Shown: in pieces, positions 46,657 to 55,387 of the stretch
How the letters are laid out: every line of letters starts with the position of its first letter
Numbering within the stretch: the first letter of the stretch is position 1
Source of the DNA: Minisyncoccota bacterium
Lineage (GTDB): Bacteria; Patescibacteriota; Minisyncoccia; Phycocordibacterales; UBA9973
Length of the DNA stretch: 64,000 nt
NCBI GenBank assembly: GCA_041658325.1
Contig: JBBAAI010000003.1
Span: 2,201-66,200 of the forward strand
Direction of reading: 5' to 3'
Notes under the pieces: generated by a model
Database searches by the model: none
What the model was told of the DNA's origin: nothing
What the model saw: the letters and a program-made list of their open reading frames with translations, nothing else
Translations under genes and position numbers: made by a program

Positions 46657-47277
46657 ATGAAGAAGAAAAAATTAAAATATATGTCGTTCACTGTTTTGAT
46701 AATTTTGATAATTTTTTTAGGTTATGAGATTAAAAATAAATCAGATCAAGATGAATCAGATACAACGATACCAGACACAAATACGATTGATTCTATGGAC
46801 TGGACAACACTATCTCAAAAAGAATTGGCGAATATTTTATCTAAAGAACCAGACATATATTATATAAAAGATTTTGGTCTTAAAATTTCACAAACAATAG
46901 ATTTGACAGGGGATGGAAAAAAAGAGGGAATTGTTAGTGGAGATGGGGGGAATAGTGATGTTTCATTTATTCTTATAAGAAATTCAGACAACACCATCTC
47001 TTTAGCGAAACAGAAAAATAAAGATGGCAGTATTTCTCCTGTGTCACTTTATCAAATAGGGAGAACTATGGTGAACGTAAATTTTAAATTACTTACGACG
47101 GAGCGTGGATTTTATACAGCATCATTGTCTTTTGATGAATCAGCCGATAATTCTCAAACTTCTCATTTTAAATGTACAGAAGATTCGATAGATGCTTATG
47201 TTTGGAATAAACAAATAGAATTTTTCGTTTGGAATCAATCATTGACTACGAAATATATTGCACAAATTTGTAAATAA
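46657..47277 (+). CDS. Hypothetical secreted/membrane-anchored protein
   Basis: 206 aa, N-terminal signal anchor (FTVLIILIIFLGY), AT-rich, no SD. Confidence 0.4.
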   Translation: MKKKKLKYMSFTVLIILIIFLGYEIKNKSDQDESDTTIPDTNTIDSMDWTTLSQKELANILSKEPDIYYIKDFGLKISQTIDLTGDGKKEGIVSGDGGNSDVSFILIRNSDNTISLAKQKNKDGSISPVSLYQIGRTMVNVNFKLLTTERGFYTASLSFDESADNSQTSHFKCTEDSIDAYVWNKQIEFFVWNQSLTTKYIAQICK

Positions 47278-47362
47278 ATAATCTGGACACAACTATAAGT
47301 GTATGTTAGAATCCTGTTTAGAAATTAAAATAGTAGTTTTCTCTCTAAGGAAAGGGGGCAAT

Positions 47363-47578
47363 ATGCCACTAATGATCGCAGAAGTAAAAGATGAGATCAT
47401 CGGGGAGTGGAAGGAGTTTCCATTTTCTACCATTGAAGAGTGGAAGGAAAATGCTTTCAGGGGTTGGGGTACGTTGTTTTCACAACCGGACTTAGATTTT
47501 CCTGATATTCAAATCTTCAAGCTTGTTAGTTGCAGAGAGAAAGATATGTTTTTTGCCGTTCAAATCCCGCCAACATGA
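47363..47578 (+). CDS. Hypothetical small protein (72 aa)
   Basis: ORF-track 47303-47578 trimmed to Met following SD-like AAGGAAAGGGGG; stop lies in the loop of a terminator hairpin. Confidence 0.35.
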   Translation: MPLMIAEVKDEIIGEWKEFPFSTIEEWKENAFRGWGTLFSQPDLDFPDIQIFKLVSCREKDMFFAVQIPPT

Positions 47579-47591
47579 GCGGGATTTTTTA
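47562..47591 (+). terminator. Rho-independent terminator
   Basis: ATCCCGCcaacatgaGCGGGAT followed by tttttt. Confidence 0.65.
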
Positions 47592-47897
47592 TTAATTTTT
47601 CTGCGCTGTTTTATTCGGCATGCCAATAATTTCTTTGTAGAATGTTATGAACACCGTATTAGTAGCTTGTCGCACCCCATATACGGTATCAGTAATAGTA
47701 CAATCATAAGATACTTTTTCAGTGTATCCAAAAGGCACTTTACGTATTGAATCTCTATCAATAAACATTGCGCAAAGATTTTCATTTTGTTCTTGCATTT
47801 GAGCAACTCTTGAATCAACTATATTCAAAGCTTCTTCCACTTTCAGCCACGGAGCCCAAGCTAAAACAACTAAACCTAAAATTATTAAGTATTTCAT
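47592..47897 (-). CDS. Hypothetical secreted protein
   Basis: 101 aa with signal peptide MKYLIILGLVVLAWAPWLKVEEA; AT-rich, no SD. Confidence 0.4.
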   Translation of the reverse strand: MKYLIILGLVVLAWAPWLKVEEALNIVDSRVAQMQEQNENLCAMFIDRDSIRKVPFGYTEKVSYDCTITDTVYGVRQATNTVFITFYKEIIGMPNKTAQKN

Positions 47898-47956
47898 AGT
47901 AAATTTATTATATCATTTTGCGATTTTGTGTGATTATTAGCCTGTTAAGAACGTAG

Positions 47957-47986
47957 TTGACAAAAGCATATTAATAGTGTTACAAT
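47957..47986 (+). promoter_or_regulatory. Near-consensus sigma70 promoter TTGACA-18-TACAAT with TGn extension
   Basis: ttgaca 47957-47962, tgt-tacaat 47978-47986; a small 5-prime UTR hairpin GTCCCCtacGGGGAC follows, then SD GGAAAGGAGGG. Confidence 0.6.
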
Positions 47987-48046
47987 ACGCAAGGAATATT
48001 TTAGGTTAAATAACTTGTCCCGTAGGGGACGGAAAGGAGGGCCCCG

Positions 48047-48457
48047 ATGTGGCTAACCGTAGAAAAGGCAAGACATCTTCGCCGCGGAATCCTGGAAATC
48101 GTGTTTATTGAAAAGTGTTGCATGTTTTTGGGCAAAATTGAAGATGAAGAGGTTGTTGTCACTGACGGCAAGCTCTCCATCAAGATTGCGCTTCAAGAAC
48201 ACAAACAGCTCAAGGGGGTAAGAAAGGACTTAACCCCAACACCGTCGGAATATGTGGTGGGTCGACCCATTGAGCTCGAGATCGATTTGACTGTTTTTTC
48301 CGTCGAAAACCTCGGACCTTCTTCTGGTGAGGTGGGCGGAGGAGACAGGATTTTCATTATCTCACCAGATACCAAAAAAGTATTCATCTTCTACCCAGCG
48401 AGTGACATTCGGGAAGAAGAGTATCTCTTGAACGAACCTTCCGTTGCCAACATGTGA
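48047..48457 (+). CDS. Hypothetical protein (136 aa) in GC-rich, SD-bearing island
   Basis: Strong SD + ATG; no recognisable family from sequence; terminator hairpin GAACCTTCCG...CGGAGGGTTC + T7 overlaps the stop. Confidence 0.45.
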   Translation: MWLTVEKARHLRRGILEIVFIEKCCMFLGKIEDEEVVVTDGKLSIKIALQEHKQLKGVRKDLTPTPSEYVVGRPIELEIDLTVFSVENLGPSSGEVGGGDRIFIISPDTKKVFIFYPASDIREEEYLLNEPSVANM

Positions 48458-48476
48458 GCGGAGGGTTCTTTTTTTA
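48434..48476 (+). terminator. Rho-independent terminator
   Basis: gaaccttccg-ttgccaacatgtga-gcggagggttc-ttttttt. Confidence 0.55.
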
Positions 48477-48520
48477 CCTATTTGTGAACTAATCATGACA
48501 TTTGCAAAAGTTTCATTTTG

Positions 48521-48592
48521 TGACCCTACCGGGAATCGAACCCGAATTTAATCCTTGAGAAGGATCCGTCCTAACCGTTAGACGATAGGGCC
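48521..48592 (-). tRNA. tRNA-Glu (anticodon CTC)
   Basis: Reverse complement GGCCCTATCGTCTAACGGTTAGGAC GGATCC-TTCTCAA-GGATT ... T arm CCGGG-TTCGATT-CCCGG; near-identical backbone to the tRNA-Glu(TTC) at 31.8 kb. Confidence 0.8.
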
Positions 48593-48708
48593 AATTAGGA
48601 AAATATAGCATTTTTAATGAAAAATCAAAAATATTTTTGGGTGTGTGTATGATATAATGTAAATAATCTTTGTTTTGTAATAAAATAACAGATTATTCGT
48701 CATTAACT

Positions 48709-49218
48709 ATGGATACCAAAGAAGAAAAAAACAATAATTTGTTCATTGAGCTTTACGATACTCACGCAGACGCTATTTTTCGTTTTTGTTATTTTAAAAC
48801 GGGGAATAGAGAAATTGCAAAAGATCTCACCCAAGACATTTTCATAAAAGTATTAAATTATCTTGGAAGGAAAGAATTGCGAAATGCTAAAAGTTTTATT
48901 TATACAATTGCGAAAAATACCGTTATTGATTATTGGAGAAAAAGCAAAAGCCTTACCGAAAATCAATTGCCCGAAGGATTTTTGGAAGCTGTAGCAGAAA
49001 AAGACAATACAGAAAGCGACATAGATTATTCAATTTTTCTTTCATTATTAGACAAGTTATCTGAATCTGATCGAGAAGTTATTCTTTTACGTTACATCGA
49101 AGATATGAGTTCTAAAGACATGGCAGAATTACTCGGTGAACGTGAAAACACAATATTGGTACGGATCAGCCGAGCCAAGGAAAAATTGAGGAATTTATTA
49201 AAAGAAATTGCAAATTAA
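48709..49218 (+). CDS. RNA polymerase sigma factor, ECF (sigma-70 group 4)
   Basis: Region 2 (DAIFRFCYFKTGNREIAKDLTQDIFIKV) and region 4 HTH (EVILLRYIEDMSSKDMAELLGERENTILVRISRA). Confidence 0.75.
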   Translation: MDTKEEKNNNLFIELYDTHADAIFRFCYFKTGNREIAKDLTQDIFIKVLNYLGRKELRNAKSFIYTIAKNTVIDYWRKSKSLTENQLPEGFLEAVAEKDNTESDIDYSIFLSLLDKLSESDREVILLRYIEDMSSKDMAELLGERENTILVRISRAKEKLRNLLKEIAN

Positions 49219-50308
49219 AATGGATAAAGAATTTGAGTCTATAATTAAAGCGGTAAAAAATATTAAACTCTCAGAAAACGAGAAAGCGGAAATGCGTGCC
49301 TCTTTGTTTGCAAACTTTGCTTCTTTGGAAAAAGAGGAATACCAAAATGAAACTGGTTTCAGAAACACTCGTTTGTATTATTTTATGACCGGTGGATACA
49401 GATATAAATTTGCGCCAGCATTTATGATAATTCTCATAGTTATTCTTACCGGCGGCACTTCTACTTTTGCAGAGAAAGCTATCCCTGGGAATTTTCTTTA
49501 TGTAGCAAAAATATTAATAAATGAGCCCATCATAGAGGCACTTTCTTTGTCAGAAGAAAAAAAAGTTGAATGGCAAGGGAAACTTGTAGAGCGCAGACTT
49601 GAAGAAGCGCAAAAGCTTGTTTCTCGTAATAGTCTTGATGAAAATACAAGAATTTTTCTAGAAGATAAAATAAAAAATCAGATTGATGAGTTTAGCGTAA
49701 GTGCGAACGAACTTGCTTTACAAAAAAACGAATCTACAAATTCTTCCGATTTGAATATCAGATTGCAAGCGTCCCTTAAAGCTTATCGAAACGTGCTTAC
49801 GACGCTTTCTGATAAAACAGATATCGAGACAAATACAAAAAAAGAAACAAAAAAATTACTTGCCACCTTGGAAAAATCTCAAAACAAAGTGAGAGGTAAT
49901 CATGATAATCTTGAATTAAATATGAATTCTTCTCTGCTTGCGAAAAAAACTGAAGCTTTAAATTTATTAAATTCAGCAAAACTTTTATATGAAAAAGAAA
50001 AAGTAAATTTATCAATCAATATTCAAAATCAAATTAATTACAAGCTTGCAGAAGCTGAAACAAGGCTAGAAGAAGATAAAACAGCTGTTTCTTCTATTGA
50101 AAACATAAATGAATTTGACGAATCCCTGTCTGCTATAAATTCAATAAATGAAGCAAAATTGTTAATGCTTTCCAATGTAATGAAGGATGATATTGAGAAC
50201 CAAATGGGCATTAAGGAATATGGTAGTGATATCGAAGATAGTCAATTAGAAAATACTGAAGAAGTTAAGGTAAATTTATCTGAGCCGGAATTAAATAAAA
50301 CAAACTAG
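49208..50308 (+). CDS. Putative anti-sigma factor (single-TM, coiled-coil extracytoplasmic domain)
   Basis: Start overlaps sigma-factor stop; one TM helix (FAPAFMIILIVILTGGTSTFA); long coiled-coil C-terminal region; arrangement typical of ECF sigma/anti-sigma pairs. Confidence 0.45.
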   Translation: MQIKMDKEFESIIKAVKNIKLSENEKAEMRASLFANFASLEKEEYQNETGFRNTRLYYFMTGGYRYKFAPAFMIILIVILTGGTSTFAEKAIPGNFLYVAKILINEPIIEALSLSEEKKVEWQGKLVERRLEEAQKLVSRNSLDENTRIFLEDKIKNQIDEFSVSANELALQKNESTNSSDLNIRLQASLKAYRNVLTTLSDKTDIETNTKKETKKLLATLEKSQNKVRGNHDNLELNMNSSLLAKKTEALNLLNSAKLLYEKEKVNLSINIQNQINYKLAEAETRLEEDKTAVSSIENINEFDESLSAINSINEAKLLMLSNVMKDDIENQMGIKEYGSDIEDSQLENTEEVKVNLSEPELNKTN

Positions 50309-50332
50309 TTAAAACTTTATTATATTATCTGT

Positions 50333-50370
50333 AAAAAAAGAGTGGGGCGGTCTGCAACGCAGACCGCCCC
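50333..50370 (-). terminator. Strong rho-independent terminator (12-bp perfect stem) on minus strand
   Basis: minus strand GGGGCGGTCTGCgttGCAGACCGCCCC followed by actcttttttt. Confidence 0.7.
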
Positions 50371-50600
50371 GATGGAGACCTGGAATGTCCGGTGGAGCCA
50401 TGTTCTGACGCCTAAGGATACGCGTTCCGGGCGAAAGGGGGAGGGGTGCCCTCTTCCAAGCAGTGCCCGTATTGTAACCCTTACACGTCGTCCGGATTTT
50501 CGATGAGAACGTCTTTGGGGTAGAGATGCTGGATATCTAATCCAGCGAAGACACCTCATGAGCCGCTTCCAGGTCGATAGGTGTATCTTATATTAAATAC
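50371..50600 (-). ncRNA. Candidate structured ncRNA of unknown class (GC-rich, between rmuC stop and terminator)
   Basis: ~230-nt visibly GC-rich segment with multiple self-complementary stretches (GGATTAGATATCC palindrome, GTCCGG/CCGGAT pair), no credible ORF, ends at strong terminator. Confidence 0.3.
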
Positions 50601-50621
50601 TATAAAAAATCAAGAATAGTT

Positions 50622-51665
50622 TTAATCCTCAATTTTGGGTTTTTCTATTTCAAGGAGAGAAAGTTCTGGCGAAGAACCGGCGATGCGAAGCACGTCTTTA
50701 TCTATCTTTTTTAATTCTTTATTGGAAGAATTGTAGTGATTTACTACTGTGCCCAAAGCATTACCGAGTTTATTATGATATTCATCATAGGATTTTAAAT
50801 GCTTTCCGAGGTCTTCCACTTTTTTAATTATTTCCTTGGCGGACTCTTCGATTTTTAATGCCTTAAGTCCTTGTAAAACAGTTTGTAAATATGCGAGGAA
50901 AGAAGTGGGAGAAGTAATAATAACTTTATATTTTCCAGCCGCACGCTGAATAAGATTTTCATTATCTTCCGAGGCGCCGACCTTATTTGTAATTAAATCA
51001 TAATAGATAGCTTCATGTGGAATAAACATAAAAGCAAAATCAGTGGTGCCCTTTGCGGGTTGAATATATTTTGCTGTTTCAGTAATGCGATTTTTTAAAT
51101 CGTTTACGAAAATAGTTTCTAGTCTTTTTTTCTCTGCGCCTTCGCGTTCCTCTGCCATTTTATTATAATTTTCTAGTGAGAATTTTGAATCTATCGGAAT
51201 AATTTTATCTTTTACAAAAACAACAGCATCCACGATAGTGCCGTCTGGGAAAGGATATTGCATTTGATAGCTACCGGGAGGAAGAACATTTTTCAAAACA
51301 GTTTCTAAATAATATTCGCCGAGAATTCCGCGTTGTTTTGGGTTTTTTAAAATATTTTCTAGGCTTTGAAGCTGATCAGCAAAAGAAATGACTTGCTTGT
51401 TCGTCTCATCTAAGCGAGTGAGTCGTTCTGTGACGTCACGAATTATTTTATTTGATTCAGAAGAATGAAATTTAAGACTTTCGTTGACCTGTTTATGTGA
51501 TTCGCCGATTTTATTATCTACTGTTCTAGAAAGCTCATTTAATTGAGTAAGAATAAGTTGCAAACCAATGTCGTCATTTTTTTCTTCTTTTTTTCTACCA
51601 AAAATAAAATAGGCAACTATCCCACCTCCTATTATCCCGATTATTATCCAAACAGTGTTTTGCAT
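50622..51665 (-). CDS. rmuC: DNA recombination protein RmuC
   Basis: N-terminal TM, long coiled coil, C-terminal RmuC nuclease-like region (GTTDFAFMFIPHEAIYYDL). Confidence 0.75.
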   Translation of the reverse strand: MQNTVWIIIGIIGGGIVAYFIFGRKKEEKNDDIGLQLILTQLNELSRTVDNKIGESHKQVNESLKFHSSESNKIIRDVTERLTRLDETNKQVISFADQLQSLENILKNPKQRGILGEYYLETVLKNVLPPGSYQMQYPFPDGTIVDAVVFVKDKIIPIDSKFSLENYNKMAEEREGAEKKRLETIFVNDLKNRITETAKYIQPAKGTTDFAFMFIPHEAIYYDLITNKVGASEDNENLIQRAAGKYKVIITSPTSFLAYLQTVLQGLKALKIEESAKEIIKKVEDLGKHLKSYDEYHNKLGNALGTVVNHYNSSNKELKKIDKDVLRIAGSSPELSLLEIEKPKIED

Positions 51666-51669
51666 AAGT

Positions 51670-52386
51670 TTATTTTCCTAAATGATGTTTTAATGTATAA
51701 ATCCAATCTTCGTCTATTTGGTCACTTTCAAGTTTCTGAGCAAGTAGCCATTCTAAATATCCGCGATCAATTTTAGCAACTTCCTCAATTTGTTTACCGT
51801 TGTGTTTGCCGAAACTAAATGAACGTAAAAGGGAAGGATGCGAAGAAATTTCTATCATTTTTTCTATTGCTTGATTTTCGTCTGAATTTTCCTCTTTCAT
51901 TATTTTGTCTTTTAATCTTTCAAAAAGTTTTTCTAAAACTAAAACATCGCCCATGGCGTCATGTGCTACAGCTTCCACGTCGAGGTCGAGCAAATACCGC
52001 AAATATTGCAAATTATACCTTTCTATTTTTCCTTCTTTGTTTAATTCTCTCGCGACGCGAAGAGTGCAAATGAATTTGTTCGGTTTTATTCCTTCTTTTT
52101 CTATAATCATTAAGTCAAAAGGCGCATTGTGTGCTATAACAACAGAATTTTTATTTTCAAAAAGTTTCTTAATTATTGGTTGGTCAGTGCTTTCTTTAAA
52201 AATTGGTTTATCCGCAACCATCTTATTTGTAATATGATGTATCGCCGAAGCTTCAGGGGGGATTTTAGTTTCGGGTAGGTAAAGGCCAACGAAACTTTCA
52301 TCGTCATATTTATATGCAATTTGGACAAGAAAATCTTTCTCTGTGTTGCCTGTGGTCTCTGTATCAAAAAATATTAACTTCTGCAT
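51670..52386 (-). CDS. 3-prime-5-prime exonuclease (DnaQ/DEDDh family) with C-terminal KxxGK...GYLEWLL extension
   Basis: Exo motifs FFDTETTG, VIAHNAPFDLMII, HDAMGDVLVL; C-terminal FGKHNGKQIEEV...DRGYLEWLL. Confidence 0.7.
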   Translation of the reverse strand: MQKLIFFDTETTGNTEKDFLVQIAYKYDDESFVGLYLPETKIPPEASAIHHITNKMVADKPIFKESTDQPIIKKLFENKNSVVIAHNAPFDLMIIEKEGIKPNKFICTLRVARELNKEGKIERYNLQYLRYLLDLDVEAVAHDAMGDVLVLEKLFERLKDKIMKEENSDENQAIEKMIEISSHPSLLRSFSFGKHNGKQIEEVAKIDRGYLEWLLAQKLESDQIDEDWIYTLKHHLGK

Positions 52387-52425
52387 AGTGTTATTTTAGC
52401 ACATTTCTGATATAATTTATCTATT

Positions 52426-52875
52426 ATGTTGCACGAACAAATTAAAAATGGAATTAAAGAGGCGATACTAGCGAAGGATGCCTTGCGTTTGAAGGTTTTT
52501 CGAGGGATGTCCGCGGCTTTTACTAATGAGCTTGTTGCTAAAAGCAAAAAACCAAATGAAATGCTTGCGGATGAAGAAGCGTTGGCTGTTATAGCGCGTC
52601 TTGCAAAACAGAGAAAAGACTCAATAGAACAATTCAAAAAGGGGAATCGCGAAGATTTAGTAAAAGAAGAAGAGTCCGAATTAGCAATTTTAGATACATT
52701 TCTACCTAAATTGATGGAGAAGACTGAAGTAGAAAAAATTGTCAAGCAAAAAAAAGATGAACTCAATATTATTGATGCCACAAAAAAGGGAATGTTGATG
52801 TCTGCATTAATGAAAGAATTAAAAGGAAAAGCTGACGGAATGGTAGTGAAAGAAGTTGTGGATTCTCTTTTCTAA
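52426..52875 (+). CDS. GatB/YqeY domain-containing protein
   Basis: 149 aa; IKEAILAKDALRLKVFRG...ADEEALAVIARLAKQRKDSIEQF...LPK typical of YqeY. Confidence 0.7.
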   Translation: MLHEQIKNGIKEAILAKDALRLKVFRGMSAAFTNELVAKSKKPNEMLADEEALAVIARLAKQRKDSIEQFKKGNREDLVKEEESELAILDTFLPKLMEKTEVEKIVKQKKDELNIIDATKKGMLMSALMKELKGKADGMVVKEVVDSLF

Positions 52876-52878
52876 TTT

Positions 52879-53484
52879 ATGCATACAGTAAATCTTTTAA
52901 TCAGCTTAGTGGAAGATCATCAAGTTTTAGCTTACATTTTAATTTTTTTAGGATTAATTCTAGAAGGAGAGTTTTTCTTAATTTTTACAGGAATTTTAAC
53001 TCATTTAGGTGCATTAAATTTGTATATTACTCTTTTCGTTGTTCTTTCGGGGGGACTATCTAAAACTTTTATCGGATATGCCTTGGGAGAATTTTTATTT
53101 AAAATATTTAATCATCATAAATTTTTCAAATATATCCAAAAACGAGTATATAGTATTTTACCTAGATTCAAAACAAAACCTTTTTGGTCTATTTTTATTT
53201 CCAAATTTATAATTGGTGCAAATAATATTGTTATCATATTTTCTGGCTATGAAAAAATTGATTATAGAAAATTTTTAAAAGCAGAAATTTCAGCTACAAT
53301 GATTTGGGCGCCGTTAATGTTACTGCTTGGTTATTTCTTCAGTTATACCGCACTTAATATCAGTAAAGATGTTTGGAATTTTTTAGTAGTGATTTTTGTA
53401 TTATATATAATATTTATTTTATTTGATAAACTAATCAGTTGGATTTATGAATTATTTGAAGAACCAGATGATGAAAACAATTAA
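52879..53484 (+). CDS. DedA/SNARE-associated (VTT domain) membrane protein
   Basis: 201 aa, 4-5 TM; LAYILIFLGLILEGEFFLIFTG resembles the DedA re-entrant motif. Confidence 0.65.
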   Translation: MHTVNLLISLVEDHQVLAYILIFLGLILEGEFFLIFTGILTHLGALNLYITLFVVLSGGLSKTFIGYALGEFLFKIFNHHKFFKYIQKRVYSILPRFKTKPFWSIFISKFIIGANNIVIIFSGYEKIDYRKFLKAEISATMIWAPLMLLLGYFFSYTALNISKDVWNFLVVIFVLYIIFILFDKLISWIYELFEEPDDENN

Positions 53485-54373
53485 AATTAACAAATTAGTT
53501 ACCCATGATGGACCCTTTCATTCCGATGATATTTTCGCTTGCGCCACCATTGCTCTTTTTTTAGAAAAGAAGAAGGAAAAGTTTAAAATAATTAGAACTA
53601 GAGACGAAAAAATAATAAATAATGGAGATTATGTTTTTGATATTGGAGGAATTTACAATGAAAAGAAAAATATATTTGATCATCATCAAAAAGGAGGTGC
53701 AGGAAAAAGAAGTAACGGAATAGAATATGCTTCATTTGGCTTAGTGTGGAAGAAATTCGGTCCGAAAATTTCTGGATCCTCTACCATAGCAAGTGCTATA
53801 GATGAAAGTTTGGTTTCTCCCATCGATGCCGACGATAACGGTATAGATTTATTCAAAAGCACACACGACGTTTCTCCTTTTCTGCTTCAAGATTTTTTTA
53901 AATTAATGCGTCCCATATCTAATCAGAAGCCAGAAAATTATGATAAAAACTTTTTAAAGTCTGTAAAAGTAGCAAAAGAGATTTTATCCAGAATCATCAT
54001 ACGTGGTAAAAATGAAATTCAGAATGAACGCATTGTTGCTAGGGCTTGTGAGAGTGCCGTCAATAAGAAAATTATTATTTTGGATAAATATTATCCACCT
54101 GGAAAAACTTTTTACAAATTTCCTAAAGCACTTTTTATTATTTTTCCAAAAGAAATTGATCATTCCTGGGTTATAAAAACTATCAAAAAAAACGGAGAAG
54201 GTTATAAAAGCAGAAAAGATTTTCCTTCAATGTGGGGTGGGCTTCAAGATAAGGAATTGCAAAAAGTATCCGGAATTAAAGAAGCTGTATTTTGTCACAA
54301 GGGGCTTTTCTTGGCTGTGGCGAAAACAAAAGAAGGGGCTATTAAATTGGCGCAAATTGCGGTAGAATCATAA
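53471..54373 (+). CDS. MYG1/UPF0160 family metal-dependent hydrolase
   Basis: THDGPFHSDDIFA, DIGG...FDHHQ, IDADDNGI conserved MYG1 motifs; start trimmed to MKTIKINKL. Confidence 0.65.
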   Translation: MKTIKINKLVTHDGPFHSDDIFACATIALFLEKKKEKFKIIRTRDEKIINNGDYVFDIGGIYNEKKNIFDHHQKGGAGKRSNGIEYASFGLVWKKFGPKISGSSTIASAIDESLVSPIDADDNGIDLFKSTHDVSPFLLQDFFKLMRPISNQKPENYDKNFLKSVKVAKEILSRIIIRGKNEIQNERIVARACESAVNKKIIILDKYYPPGKTFYKFPKALFIIFPKEIDHSWVIKTIKKNGEGYKSRKDFPSMWGGLQDKELQKVSGIKEAVFCHKGLFLAVAKTKEGAIKLAQIAVES

Positions 54374-54374
54374 T

Positions 54375-55385
54375 ATGGCGTTTATCGATGAAATGAAAAT
54401 AGAAGCTGCCGCTGGACGTGGCGGTGATGGCGTTGTGCGTTGGCGTCAAGAAAAATTTGTACCAAAAGGTGGACCGGCAGGGGGAGATGCTGGACGCGGG
54501 GGAAATTTTTATATTCTAGCAGTACGAGATGTACACATACTTTCAAAATATAAAGCAAAAAAAAGTTTTGCTGCTGGGCGAGGTGAAGATGGAGGTAAAA
54601 AAAGTTTGCATGGAAAAAATGGAGAAGATTTTGTTTTAGAATTGCCCATTGGTTCTATTATTACAAATCTTGAGACCGACGAAAGTTGGCAACTCCTTGA
54701 AGAAGGGCAAAAAGAATTAATTTTAAAAGGTGGATATGGTGGTTTCGGCAATGAACATTTTAAAAGTTCTACCAATACGACTCCAAAAGAATCACGACAA
54801 GGGCAAGAAGGAGAAAAAGGAAATTTCAAAATAGAATTAGAACTTTTCGCTGATATTGGATTGATTGGACTTCCCAACGCTGGTAAAACATCATTACTTA
54901 ATTCATTAACAAACGCACAGGCCAAAGTCGGAGATTACGCTTTTACCACACTTGACCCTAATTTGGGTGATTTTTATGGTTATATTATCGCCGATATCCC
55001 GGGACTTATAGAAGGAGCATCGGAAGGTAAGGGTCTTGGTATTAAATTTTTACGTCATATAAAACGTACTAAAATGCTTGCGCACTTAATATCTTTTGAA
55101 AATTTATCAAAAGGTTCCACGGGCATGATGAAAGTATATAAAGAGATTCGCAAAGAGTTGGAACAATATGATAAAAAATTGGGTTTAGGGGATGAAGGAT
55201 TGGCTTCAAAAAAAGAAATAATAATTTTAACTAAGAGTGATGTAATAGATGATGAAAAAATAATCAAAAAAGAAGTTGAAAAATTTAAAAAACTCGATAA
55301 TAAAGTTTTTATTTTGTCGTTGTTTGATGATAAAATGGTAAAGAAATTTAGCGATGAATTGGCAAAAATTCTAAAAAAGAAATAA
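54375..55385 (+). CDS. obg: GTPase Obg
   Basis: Gly-rich Obg fold (AAAGRGGDGVVRWR, GGDAGRGGN), GTPase G1 GLPNAGKTS, G3 DIPG. Confidence 0.9.
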   Translation: MAFIDEMKIEAAAGRGGDGVVRWRQEKFVPKGGPAGGDAGRGGNFYILAVRDVHILSKYKAKKSFAAGRGEDGGKKSLHGKNGEDFVLELPIGSIITNLETDESWQLLEEGQKELILKGGYGGFGNEHFKSSTNTTPKESRQGQEGEKGNFKIELELFADIGLIGLPNAGKTSLLNSLTNAQAKVGDYAFTTLDPNLGDFYGYIIADIPGLIEGASEGKGLGIKFLRHIKRTKMLAHLISFENLSKGSTGMMKVYKEIRKELEQYDKKLGLGDEGLASKKEIIILTKSDVIDDEKIIKKEVEKFKKLDNKVFILSLFDDKMVKKFSDELAKILKKK

Positions 55386-55387
55386 AT

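Noticed and set aside
50380-50500. RNase P or tmRNA in the 50.3-50.6 kb GC island (plus-strand GGAAUGUCCGG and downstream GUCCGGAUUUUCG; minus-strand GGCUCCACC resembling a tmRNA 3-prime end)
   Set aside because: The two P4-like halves are only ~105 nt apart, which is incompatible with any known RNase P. No T-arm (GGUUCGAnUCC) precedes the CUCCACC-like string, and no tag-peptide reading frame ends in Ala-Ala-stop. Left as an unclassified RNA candidate.
50530-50550. GGATTAGATATCC resembling the 16S rRNA GGATTAGATACCC segment
   Set aside because: Only a 13-nt palindromic coincidence. No further rRNA similarity on either side.
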